From: Octopus bimaculoides
Lineage: Eukaryota
Direction of reading: 5' to 3'
DNA length: 64,000 nucleotides
Assembly (NCBI RefSeq): GCF_001194135.2
Contig: NC_068985.1
Location: forward strand, 104,770,529-104,834,528
Shown: positions 1 through 11,671 of the stretch, piece by piece
Layout: each line of letters starts with the position of its first letter
How positions within the stretch are numbered: the first letter of the stretch is position 1
The notes under the pieces: model-generated
Database searches by the model: none
The model's input: the letters and a program-made list of their open reading frames with translations, nothing else
What the model was told of the DNA's origin: nothing
Program-made: the position numbers and the translations under genes

Positions 1-1794
1 ATTGTCTTGCAAGTTATTTGGCAACCTTACTAGGGTTGGTGCACCAAAAAACACCCAGTACACTCTGTAAAGTAGTTTGAGTTAGAGAAGGGCATCCAGC
101 CATAGAAATCATGCCAAAGCAAACAATGAAATCTGATGCAGTCCTTCAGCTCACCATCTAACCTATTGCTAGTATTAAAGATAAATGTTAAATGATGATG
201 ATGATGAAATGTAATCATCCATCTATACATCTAGAAAATATTTTAAGAATTAGCTTGAGAAACTTCACCAAGAGAATGGAAAGAATTATTATGCTTAACT
301 AATCTACTGAATGAGTATTAAATGTGTCAATAACATACATTTACTTTTCTATTTTGTCTCGTACACCCAGCAACAACCCTAAAAAAAATGTCTATTTATA
401 TTTTCTGTTAATTCATGTTGCCTTTAAAACTATCCAAAAGATGCAAAGTACACAATTTAGATACATCTGGTAATAATTCTCATGAATTAACTAACCCTTC
501 ATTCTTCATATACAACTTACATCTTGGTAAACAGCAGACCAAACACACCCGTTCACTATTTTCAGTTACATGAGCACTACACTGTTGATTTTTGTAATAT
601 ATTTATTAGAACCAAATTCAGTGACAACAATGGGTCCATAAAAAAATACCCATTTTGCAACCCAATAATATGAAACTTGCCAATTTTCAGTGACATATAG
701 CATAACCCACCAGAGCAGTATTTACTTAATGCTAATTTGCCTACCTATACATATATTGTATCTATTAGATGAATAAAGTTATATAGCTGAAAAACAGCAC
801 AGATAGAAGACTGAAGACCTGAATGAAGACTACATAAGGAAACAAAACCTCTTCTATCTTCATGTAAAGGCTGGAGAATACGGTTACTGTTATAGTATAA
901 TTAGACACACAATTGAGTTCTATGAGACTCAACACCTCTTTTACCCACACTAACAGGAACAAATGTGCTGTAATTTTATTGAGCTATGTGTAGGGCCATT
1001 GAGAACAAAGATTCTAAGACACAAATAAAACACAATAATTTTATGGTATACAAGCCACCAATACGCTAGTGCCTCAGCTATCTGCAATTAATATATGTCA
1101 TATAGATAACACATACCTTCCTTATTCAATTACATATTCAACTGATTTCACCTCATTTCATTCTGAAATGTCAATGAAATTTAGACAAAAATAATTTTAG
1201 TCCTGAACACTTTTATGTTAGCGTCAAGAATTAATATGAACAGAATATTTGGCAAACTTCCATTTTTTGTTTCTTTGTTAAATATACTGGATGACTAATT
1301 CTTTGTGCTGTTTTGAAGTATAATGCCTTATTATCCCACCTTTCCAATTAGCTTTGTCTTCAGTTCCACCACCTTGCTACTTGCTACCCAGCAAGACCTC
1401 AGCTTCATCCACAAGATTAATCAGTGGCCATCACTGCTTTCAGCTTCATCTCACATCTTGATCAAATCTGCGCATTTTATCATCATTTGAAAAAGCTTGA
1501 CATTCCAACAGCCTATAGTGATTATAATAAACAACTGACAATTCAATGCAATGTCAAAAAGAGTGAAATAATATGAGAAGCAGATGACATGCCACTGAAA
1601 CTGCTGTCTGGCGAAGATAGACTATTTCAGCACTCTCACTAAAATCTAGAAAAACAGTAAGGAGGATCATACAGTTCAAATGAAACATAGTATTCAACAC
1701 GGTTGTGCACTTTCGTCAACTTTATTTAACTAAATGTTTGACTGGGTGATATCCACTGTTCTTCTTTGGTACAACAGGATTTAAGCTATACTCT

Positions 1795-2385
1795 TTTACT
1801 CTTTACTCTTTTACTCGTTTCAGTCATTTGACTGTGGCCATGCTGGAGCACTGCCTTTAGTCGAGCAAATCAACCCAAGACTTATTCTTTGTAAGCCTAG
1901 TACTTATTCTATCAAGAATCTTTTGCCAAACCGCTAAGTTACGGGGACGTAAACACATCAGCATCGGTTGTCAAGCGATGTTGGGGGGACAAACACAGAC
2001 ACACAAAATATATATCAATATACACAAGAGAAAAAGGCCAGGTCAGTTCCTTCTCAATTTTAGTCGATTGTCAAAGAATATGTATGAGAATATGTATATG
2101 TATATGTATTTTTCCATATGTGTATTTTCATACACTGTTTTTAACACTGTTTTTAACAATTTCACCTTAATATGACAATCAGTATGTAACACTACAAAGT
2201 TCATACAAAGCTTTATACTTTAAATATATTTTATCATCAAAGAATGTATATATGCATTTTAATACTCAGACTGTCTTTTAACATTTTTTATTATTCTCAA
2301 AGACTTTTGATAATCTTTTTCTAAAAAAGTGAAACCGGTTAAGTAAATAAATATTTTTAAAAAATAAGTGCATTTTCAAACCTTC

Positions 2386-2418
<33 letters not shown>

Positions 2419-2582
2419 CGACGGGCTTCTTTCAGTTTCCGTCTACCAAATCCACTCACAAGGCTTTGGTCGGCCCAAGGCTATAGTAGAAGACACTTGC
2501 CCAAGGTGCCACGCAGTGGGACTGAACCCAGAACCATGTGGTTCATAAGCAAGCTACTTACCACTCAGCTACTCCTACACCT
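1795..2582 (-). mobile_element. SINE family A, interrupted by ~350 bp of AT-rich sequence
   Basis: Both halves (cagtcatttgactgtggccatgctggagc... and acgacgggcttctttcagtttccgtctacc...) match the intact copy at 49357-49768. Confidence 0.85.
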
Positions 2583-2619
2583 ATGATAAATAATTTTTTT
2601 TAATTTTAACTGTACTTAA

Positions 2620-3150
2620 TAACATTTCCCTTCTGAGCTCATCCTATATTGATCTGCAGATCATGATGGAAGACTTCTTGAAAGCTTTAAGCTAAGTCGG
2701 TTGAAAGTTAAATGCAGTCAACATCAACATCTTATGAGCTGACTTTAGAGGTGGCCAAAGTTAACAACATTCAAAACTAATGGAGGAGTTTGTTTACTTT
2801 GGCTCTTTCTTCCTCCTACAACTGGTTATGTCAAGAAACAATTGAGAAGCACATTATAGTAGCTTGAACTACCATCATAAGATTGGAATTTGCCCTTTGA
2901 TCCTATAGGGAAATTAAGCTCTGCACAATATTCCATTCCATTCATTGTGATTGTAGAATGTGGTTCTAATCAAGGAACTTCATCATCTGAAAGTATTTGA
3001 CATCTGATGTCTGAGAACAAAACTATGATACTGTCTTATTGACAAAATGAATCAGATAATCCTTAAATCAAGTTTAACCTAACCAGAGACAGACAACGAT
3101 AGACTGAAGTTATCTGGGTGATGGTTCAACTGGATAAGGCAGCTTTGTCT
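2620..3150 (+). mobile_element. Very old RTE reverse-transcriptase fragment
   Basis: Patches resembling DLQIMMEDF, EEFVYFGS and LKVFDI.CLR with many stops. Confidence 0.45.
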
Positions 3151-4339
3151 ACAAGATGAATGATGACATAGTAAATAAATCCTTGTTAACCACAATTCCA
3201 CTGAAGGAAACGCATTTCTTTCCAGACTGCCTTCTTAACTGTGCATATTTTGTGCTTTCCCTGAACAACAAGTAGCCAGTACAGATCAAACTACCTCATT
3301 GGCCTTACAGTGCATACTGTAAATTCCAAGATGTCCTATTAAAAGAGAATAAGAGATAGATGTTAAAGCTAAAAAAAAGACCTACATCATGAAAACACAT
3401 GCTTGCATAAATATAAACTCACATTCATGCAAATATATGTTACATACATAGCTATTGTATATCTTTCCCATCTGGCTACACTTCAGAATAGTATTGATCT
3501 TGGCTACAACACTTGCAACACGTTACAGATCAAAGAATAAGGTTTGTACTATCAATAGGAATTATCACTCACAGAACATCAATAACTACCATGTGGTAAC
3601 AAACAGTTTACTCTACACATGAAATGCATCCAAAGAAGGAATAGCAGTCAATCTCCCATCAGATTCTAAACCAATGTTACACAAAAATTTTATATTACAT
3701 TTTAACTACAGAAAATTTGATATCAATAACTTTATAAAAATGTGTTACAATACTGACAGACATTAAATCACCCACAAAGACAAGATATTCTAAAACCCTT
3801 GTATCTTATTTGAACTCCAGAATATTAACCAAGAAAAATTCTAAAATGAAAATGATATTGCTATGTTTATTCAAAATGGTTAACTCTTAGCAGATAACAA
3901 CAACAATATTGACTCAGACAGGAAAATTGAAATATATTTTATCAGACTTCCATTAGAAACTAAAAGCTCTGTGAAATAAATATATTGCTGATGAAAAACA
4001 GAAGTGTGTATACTTTTAACTATCTCTACACAAAAATATATACACTGACATTTATGCATAACCAGACAGAAAGTAGCATAAAAAGTTGCAACACAGTTTT
4101 TATCTTATTCGTCAAGCCATAATAGATGAAAAGCCAATCCAAAAGGATTGTGAAACATGATTTAGCAAATCAATACAAAAAAAAAAATAATAAAATAATT
4201 GCAATCAAGCTAAACTATAAACATTTTAAAAATAACAATGCATCTTAGCAATTTTATAAAGAAACTCACACTTTGTTTGTTGCTAGTAAAATGTTATTTC
4301 TATACTAAAAGGAGATATATATATACATTACAGACAAGA

Positions 4340-5210
4340 AGTATAATAGTGTTATTTTGTTTTATATAAGATAGTCAATGGAGGATGGACAATGTTGGTG
4401 ATTCTTGCAAGCCCTACCAAAAAGGTGCCAGTAAATGTTAAGCATGAATATTGCAGATCAATGTTTGCAGCAAAAGTATGAAATTTCAGTGGAAGTGCTG
4501 CAAATAGAACCATCTTGATTGTTAAGTAGAGACAGGATAATTCAAAAATGTTGATAGAGACCATCTTGGCAAAGAACTGAAAGGCTCTGCTGCAACTTCG
4601 TAGTTGGGAAAAATTGCAGGCTATGATAAAGGAACCTTTACCTTTCTGATGGCAACCTTGCAGTTAGTGTGGTGGGGGACAAGAAAACACTGACATTGGA
4701 GGGAATACCAGAGGGATGACATTCTGGGGAGGGAGTATTACAGAAAATGGCTAACGTGGGGTCTGAAGAGAGATAAGTGGGTCAAGGCCTGAGTGGAAAT
4801 GGAATAAGATTAACTATGTCTGAGGAACAAAAGTCATTAAGTTGTAAAAAAAAAGGCATTCTAACATTGTCAAGAGACTGCTGACTGTGAACCAAAGTTT
4901 GGCAAATGATTTCATGATAGTTACTTGGGTGGCCTTTTTTTTACCGTCTTTTTCTTGAGTATTGTCTAGGTTGTCTGTACATGGAAATTTAGCACGGTCT
5001 GTACTAGATATAGCAGTAGTACTCCGATCTGAATACATGATTAGTAATTGCAGGAAGCTGAACTATTTTCTAGTTCTGGAAAGAAGGACCAGTCTTTGTG
5101 ATGTACCCTTTTGACAGGTAGAGGATGCATCTAGGAGACCACTTGACCCACTACAGGCAGCAAGACCAGATGAGATAATGTAGCATCTGGGAGAGGATGG
5201 CTTGGAACTA
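4340..5210 (-). mobile_element. Possible ancient LINE (I/Nimb-like) remnant
   Basis: Higher-GC stretch with multiple stops and a loose Cys-knuckle-like PRCY...C.G...CQK.G segment. Weak resemblance only. Confidence 0.25.
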
Positions 5211-5789
5211 AATGATAATAGTGTAAAAAGCAATTGAAAGCAGACAAGATTTGAGAGAGAGAAGAGGCGCTAGAGACAGACAGACAGACAGACAGACGAA
5301 GACTATGAAAAATATGTTAATACCAAACAATTAGGTCAGGCCTGAAAATGTTAGACTTCACCATTAGCATGATGCAAGAAAAAAATTCAACCAATCATTG
5401 CATGGAACAACACATGAAAAAAAAATTAAACACGACATAGTCCTCCAGGTTAAATTAATATCATCACAGCTAATTGATATCATCTTCATCAAGAGGAGTC
5501 TTCAATTGAAAAATAGATAAACATTTTTAGTGCTATACCATACTGCAGAATATAACTAAAGATTTTTAGTCAACACTGTATGTATAGACAAATGCAGATG
5601 TAAATATCTTGTCTTTTTTACACTCAATATCTTCATGGACAAAACACAAGAGGTCAAGTGAATTAGTTTCAGTTTGCGTTAGTATTTCATCAGCCACTGT
5701 GTACTGTCTTTAACTATCCACAGAGATATATAGATCCAATATTACTTATGCTCATAAATCCAATATTACTAAGGGCATTAAGTAAACTA

Positions 5790-6130
5790 GGCAGACTAAT
5801 TTGCAGATATAATAGCAACCAGAATGCTTTGTACATTTCTCAAGAGTAATGACTGAATGGCAGTCTTCCTACCACTACCTTGATAATCAGAGAAAGAAGA
5901 ACTATTATGCAGGGCACTGCTGGAGAAGCAAGGATAAAACATCCAGCAATTGCCTTCTCTAGAAACCCACATGTGAACATACAGGTATTGGTAGACCAAG
6001 AAGAGCATATATCAATTAACATGTGGTAGACACTAGATATCAAGCTGAGGATATGAAGTCTGTTATGAAAAATTAGGACATTGGGCATGGAAGAGTTGCA
6101 TTGGTCTGGGCAAGTCGCCCAACCAGATAG
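5790..6130 (+). mobile_element. Old RTE LINE 3' fragment
   Basis: Degenerate YAGHCWRSK...GRPRRAYINQL..DT...MK.R..W..RV, an RTE C-terminal pattern. Confidence 0.6.
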
Positions 6131-6261
6131 ATAGAAAGGTAGCCAGTTCATTTAGTAAATCACTAGTGCATTAATAGTGCTTTATTTCAATGTGATAATG
6201 CAGTAGAGTGAGAGTGAGTGAGTGAGTGAGTGAGTGAGTGAGTGTGCGCACACGCACACAC

Positions 6262-6303
<42 letters not shown>

Positions 6304-6933
6304 TTAGTCAACACTGAATGTATAGACAACTCATTAATCAAACCTGCTGCCAAGAATGTATTGTATGTATGTACAAGGTGATCTATCCACTTTACTTTAG
6401 GCACTTACTAATAGTGGGTTTAAAAGCAAGGTTTCCATAGATACTTTAAAAAAAAAGGCACTAAGTTGCTGATGAAATCCCATCACACACTGAAAGTAAT
6501 CAAGCTGATCCCTTTTTTTCTCCACAGAGTTATTGTATGGCCAACTAAAGCCATGTGAGTGGATTTGGCAGACAGAAACTGGAAGAAGCTCATCATATAT
6601 ATGTGTGTATATGTCTGTGTTTGTCCCCCACCACTGCTTGACAGCTGGTGTGTTTACATCCCTGTAACTTAGTCATTCAGCAAAAGGAACTGATAAAATA
6701 AGTACAAGCAAAACAAAAAGTACTGGGGTTGATACATTCAACTAAAATTCTTCAAGGTAGTGCCCCAGCATGGCTGCAGTCTAGTGACTGAAACAAGTAA
6801 AAGATAAAAGATATAAAGACAAGGTATTTATATGTGTCTATATATATAGCGTTGACTACAAAAATTTATAGATACTTTCCATTGTACAGTATAACTTTGA
6901 GAAAAGAAAAAACTGTTAGTCTGTGTTCTATAC

Positions 6934-7123
6934 CTGGCCAAATAGATAAGAAGCTCGTTTTGCAATCTTGACATCTTGAGCAAATGTCTTTTGCCACAGA
7001 CTGGGATCAACCCAGGCTTTGTGAGTAAAACTGATAAAATAAAAACTGCAGAAGCCATCAAATGGATTATACAAGTAAATCAGAGGATCAAACAAGTCAA
7101 ACACTGGATCATGGGGATTCTGC
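6934..7123 (-). CDS. Probable internal exon of an unidentified minus-strand gene
   Basis: cttaatcctcag|G CAG...GGC CAG|gtatag, 190 nt, open frame QNPHDPVFDLFDPLIYLYNPFDGFCSFYFISFTHKAWVDPSLWQKTFAQDVKIAKRASYLFGQ. An internal acceptor (tttattttatcag) near 7030 also allows a second open frame, LLTKPGLIPVCGKRHLLKMSRLQNELLIYLA. Family not recognised. Confidence 0.5.
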
Positions 7124-7394
7124 CTGAGGATTAAGATAAGGATACAAATATAAAACTTCACTATTTATGCTAGAGTTCTTCTCAATGTAAGCAGTTATTG
7201 CTTCCTGAGGGATGGGAGGGGCAGCAGAAAATCTTATATGAATACTAGGGATAAAAGGGGCAGTAGCAATAGAAGAGATTCATCTGTACAGTTTTTTCTT
7301 TTCAGTTTTAGACATTTATTTAAATATCAACTTTAAATGTGATATTATTATAAACTGCATTTTAGTAAAGGAAAAAACAATAATAACTGACTTT

Positions 7395-7782
7395 GTGTGT
7401 TGGCACTCCGTCGCTTACGATGTCGAGGGTGCCAGTTGATCCGATCAACAGAACAGCCTGCTCGTGAAATTAACGTGCAAGTGGCTGAGCACTCCACAGA
7501 CACGTGTACCCTTAACGTAGTTCTTGGTGATATTCAGCGTGACACAGTGTGACAAGGCTGACCCTTTGAATTACAGGCACAACAAAAACAGGAAGTAAGA
7601 GTGAGAGAAAGTTGTGGTGAAAGAGTACAGCAGGGTTCGCCACCATCCCGTGCTGGAGCCTTGTGTAGCTTTAGGTGTTTTTGCTCAATAAACACTCACA
7701 ATGCCCGGTCTGGGAATCGAAACCGTGATCCTATGACCGCGAGTCCGCTGCCCTAACTACTGGGCCATTGAACCTCTACTAC
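7395..7782 (-). mobile_element. tRNA-derived SINE, family B (~385 bp), full length
   Basis: Reverse complement of the 11284 copy; 10-bp TSD AACTGACTTT at 7385-7394 and 7783-7792. Confidence 0.93.
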
Positions 7783-9279
7783 AACTGACTTTAAAGTGTG
7801 AATAAATAAAGAAAACCAAATATATACCACCTATGCTAATAGAAAGTTGGTGGTGAGTAATCACTTGCATTGAACTAGTACACAGAACTAAATTACTCTA
7901 GTCTGATATTACAAGTATTTACATTAAAAATGGGAGCAAACGTTGAATTGTAGCAAAGGAACATTGCGAAGAATGTTAGAAACAGAAAAGGTTGGGGTAG
8001 TAGTTACAAAAATCTCAGAAGCACTGGCATAGTACAATGAATGGGTAGGTTCGTTAAGGAAAGAACTGGAGGATTCATTATCAGAACAAACAACAATGAA
8101 TTTACTTTGCTGATAAATTCAATAACACTAAGGAGTTTCCATGAGTAGCTGTAAAACCTATTTCATCACACTCAGGAGTTTCCAAGAGTAGCTGTAAAAT
8201 ATATCTCATGTCTGGCTAGCCTCACAGAAGTAAATCCCTGAGTTCTAAAGTAGAAATTGCATCTAGTGTCAGTGGCAAGTAGAGTAATATGCATCGTTTG
8301 AATATAGAATGCAATGCAAGAATGAATCTATATTTACCTGGTCAACAACAGTGCATTAACTGCTTAGACAATATATTAAGGTTTTATTTCTCATAATATT
8401 TCCACTAGTCAAAGAGACAATTCAACAACTAACCAATCAGATTGTACATGAAAAGTACTATGTAAGAAATTATCAAGTGTATAATAGCTGTGTCACTGAC
8501 AGTGAGAAGAGAAAAATCATGGAAATTTCTATAAGGTGTCTCTTTCCAAGACAATACTTATATCTTTCTATTACAACCAAAAATACATTTCAATGGAAAG
8601 AAGTTTATCATACAAGAGAAGAATCCAACTGAAGTGGTTGGTGCCATCTATATCCTACCCAACAGCATACACAATATGTACCAAGCTATTAACTAAAACA
8701 GATAAAGTAAGAATTAATGTGATTTCTTCTACTGCAATCTAATTATATGATGGGGATTTCTAACTAATGTGCAAAATACATGCTATTGAGCATTTCATAA
8801 AATTGTATCTGTGCAAAAGAGGGAGAGAAAGAGAGAGGCCACATGTAAAAACCTGTTTGATAGTTAGTTACCATAGCAATAAATCATGCTTTCCTGATTT
8901 AAAAGTGCAATCTTTTATCTCATTACAATGACAATGGAAACAAACTTCTCGATACACAACAGTAGACACCTTTATATTTTGACATTTTTTCGTTAATTTT
9001 AGTGGAGGCATTTAATATAATTCATACAATTCTTTTTTTTTTTTTTTTTTTNNNNNNNNNNAGGAAGGGGTGCAGCTCTAGTGACCTTTAGAGGCCCTTT
9101 TAGACTGATAGGATTGATGTAGTTGGCATTCTGTTTAAATATCTCTAGACTGATATCTGTATTTAATGAAGAACTAGACAGGTAAAGCAGAAAATTGGCA
9201 AGATGAAGAGTAGGAGAAAAGCAAGTAGCTAGTTCAGAGTAGCAGTGGCTATTGTAGTAACAACAGAAGAGGGAGATAG

Positions 9280-9371
9280 AGTGAAGGTACAGTGCTTCTG
9301 TGAATTAGAGGTTGAAGTTTGTCGATGAATGAATTTTGCCAGAAAATCAGATACTCAGACTCCTGTCTGGC
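9280..9371 (+). repeat. 92-bp exact dispersed direct repeat (second copy 10297-10388)
   Basis: Base-by-base identical, with unrelated flanks. Confidence 0.95.
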
Positions 9372-11283
9372 TGGTTGGGAAGGCATGTGCTGCATTATCA
9401 GTACTAATGTAATAGCAAATTTAGCGTAGACAGTGGACCTGTGACTTCCAAATGTATGTATTATAAATGGCTTAGACATCCTAAGAAAGAAAGCCTAAAA
9501 AGGAAGATCTAGCATGTAAAAGAAAGCCACTTGTCACACCTCTAGCCCTACTAAATAAAGAACTGGAAAGAGATGCTGGTGAGAAAAGACTCATATTCTT
9601 CTTGAGAAAACAGAATTCTGAAGGTGGGTTGCCAGCACATAGATAACGCAACTGTTGCAATTTTGTAAGGAGAAAAACAAAAGAAAAAAAAAAAGACAGC
9701 AACTGATCAAAGCTGAAATATTTTGTGTCCAGAAACCTAATCTTTGGGTAACAGATTTGGCAATCTATATATTTGAGATTGTTATGAGAAATCTTTAAAG
9801 ATTGAGAAGAGTAGCATTTGTAGAGATAAGGATTTTAAATGGCTAATAAAATAAGTTAGCATGAAAACAGGACAGTTTAGGCATTTCTGGTGAAGCCTTT
9901 CTCAAGGAAATGAAACAAAGATCCTGCCTAAAACATCAGATCTCACCACATAGCATGGTACACAAAGTCAAACAACTTACTCATCTCTGACAAACACCCA
10001 ACTCTAAGAAGATCAATAAACAATAAATATTCTTTGAGTATGATATAGTAGACCTGTTTCATTTGTAGTTCAACATAAAATGTTTTATTACCTATAAATG
10101 TGCTTAACTATCTAGAGCTATTTAACATGTATCTCATTTCGCTGTTTATCGTTTACTTTTATCAAAGCTTTGCTCTTAGCAAAAAAACAAATTTCTGAGT
10201 GAAATTCTTCAACATAAAATTCAAAACTACCTATTATAAAGAAATACGATTTGAATTTTGTTTCTTAATTCCAAAAAATAGCTAAAAAAAAAAGCCAGTG
10301 AAGGTACAGTGCTTCTGTGAATTAGAGGTTGAAGTTTGTCGATGAATGAATTTTGCCAGAAAATCAGATACTCAGACTCCTGTCTGGCAACAATTAAAAA
10401 CACTATAATAAATAAATGTACCAATTATGACTCCTTATGTTTCTTTACAGAGAAATATAAAAAAAGTAACAAATAATGCTAAGCTACCTATTTATTGTCT
10501 TTCCACACATTCCCTACCATTATGAAAATGGGAAATGCTTATACTAAGTTCTGACTGACATAATGGTCAGTGCTATGATGTTTATAATAGGCTGTACCAA
10601 TGTCATATATTTATTCAGTAACACTGAAGTAAACAATAATACAATGGTTTATTCATAGTGCACTAAGCAAGAAAGGGAATGTAATAAATGATACTCTACC
10701 TTACAGCTCTTGGTATTATTTGGTTAAATATTACTAGTAGAGTACTGAAATCAAATACCAGTTATTTGGTATCCTGACTTATAAGTTGTTATGAAACAAA
10801 CTTAATCCCTTTGATAGCAAGCCACCTGAGACCACCCTTGGTTCCATGATACAAACTTCACAAACTTCTTGTTTAAAGTGATCTAAATTAAAACCTTCCT
10901 TCAGAATTTTATGTTAAATTATTTAAGTTCCAAACACCAACTTAATTGTGATAAAATTAATTTACTAAATTCTTCATTATTTTCAAAATTAATTAAAACA
11001 AAGTTTAATAGAAATCTGGTAACAATAGGGTTAAAGTTATCATTATGACAAACAAAACTAGTTGGATCTTTCCAATACGAAAGTATAAATGTAAAAATTA
11101 AAATCTATAAACTGAAAAAAAATAATAAAATTGTTCCATTTGAAAACAACACATTATTTATCTAACTCATTACTTGCTAAAATTTTAAAGGGTAATTCAA
11201 GAAATACACCTACAAATGTTAACCTAACCTAAATGCAAAGACAGTGTCATCAAACAGGTTACCTGCCAGTTACAGATACTGCA

Positions 11284-11671
11284 GTGGAGGCGCAATGGCC
11301 CAGTGGTTAGGGCAGCGGACTCGCGGTCATAGGATCGCGGTTTCGATTCCCAGATCGGGCGCTGTGAGTGTTTATTGAGCAAAAACACCTAAAGCTCCAG
11401 CAGGCTACGGCAGGGGATGGTGGCGAACCCTGCTGTACTCTTTCACCACAACTTTCTCTCACACTTACTTCCTGTTTCTGCTGTGCCTGTAATTCAAAGG
11501 GTCAGCCTTGTCACACTGTGTCATGCTGAATATCCCCGAGAACTACATTAAGGGTACACGTGTCTGTGGAATGCTCAGCCACTTGCACGTTAATTTCACG
11601 AGCAGGCTGTTCCATTGATCGAATCAACTGGAACCCTCGACGTCATAAGCAACGGAGTGCCAACAACAGCA
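11284..11671 (+). mobile_element. tRNA-derived SINE, family B, full length
   Basis: A box TGGCCCAGTGG, B box GGTTTCGATTCCC, (AAC)n tail; 12-bp TSD ACAGATACTGCA at 11272-11283 and 11672-11683. Confidence 0.95.

Noticed and set aside
807-954. Plus-strand open stretch KTEDLNEDYIRKQNLFYLHVKAGEYG...
   Set aside because: No start codon, no usable acceptor and no recognised similarity.
8128-8200. ~44-bp tandem duplication (ggagtttcca.gagtagctgtaaaa)
   Set aside because: Two copies only; ordinary slippage duplication.
11284-11360. tRNA gene
   Set aside because: A and B boxes are present, but there is no complete acceptor stem, and the sequence continues into a multicopy SINE body with TSDs.
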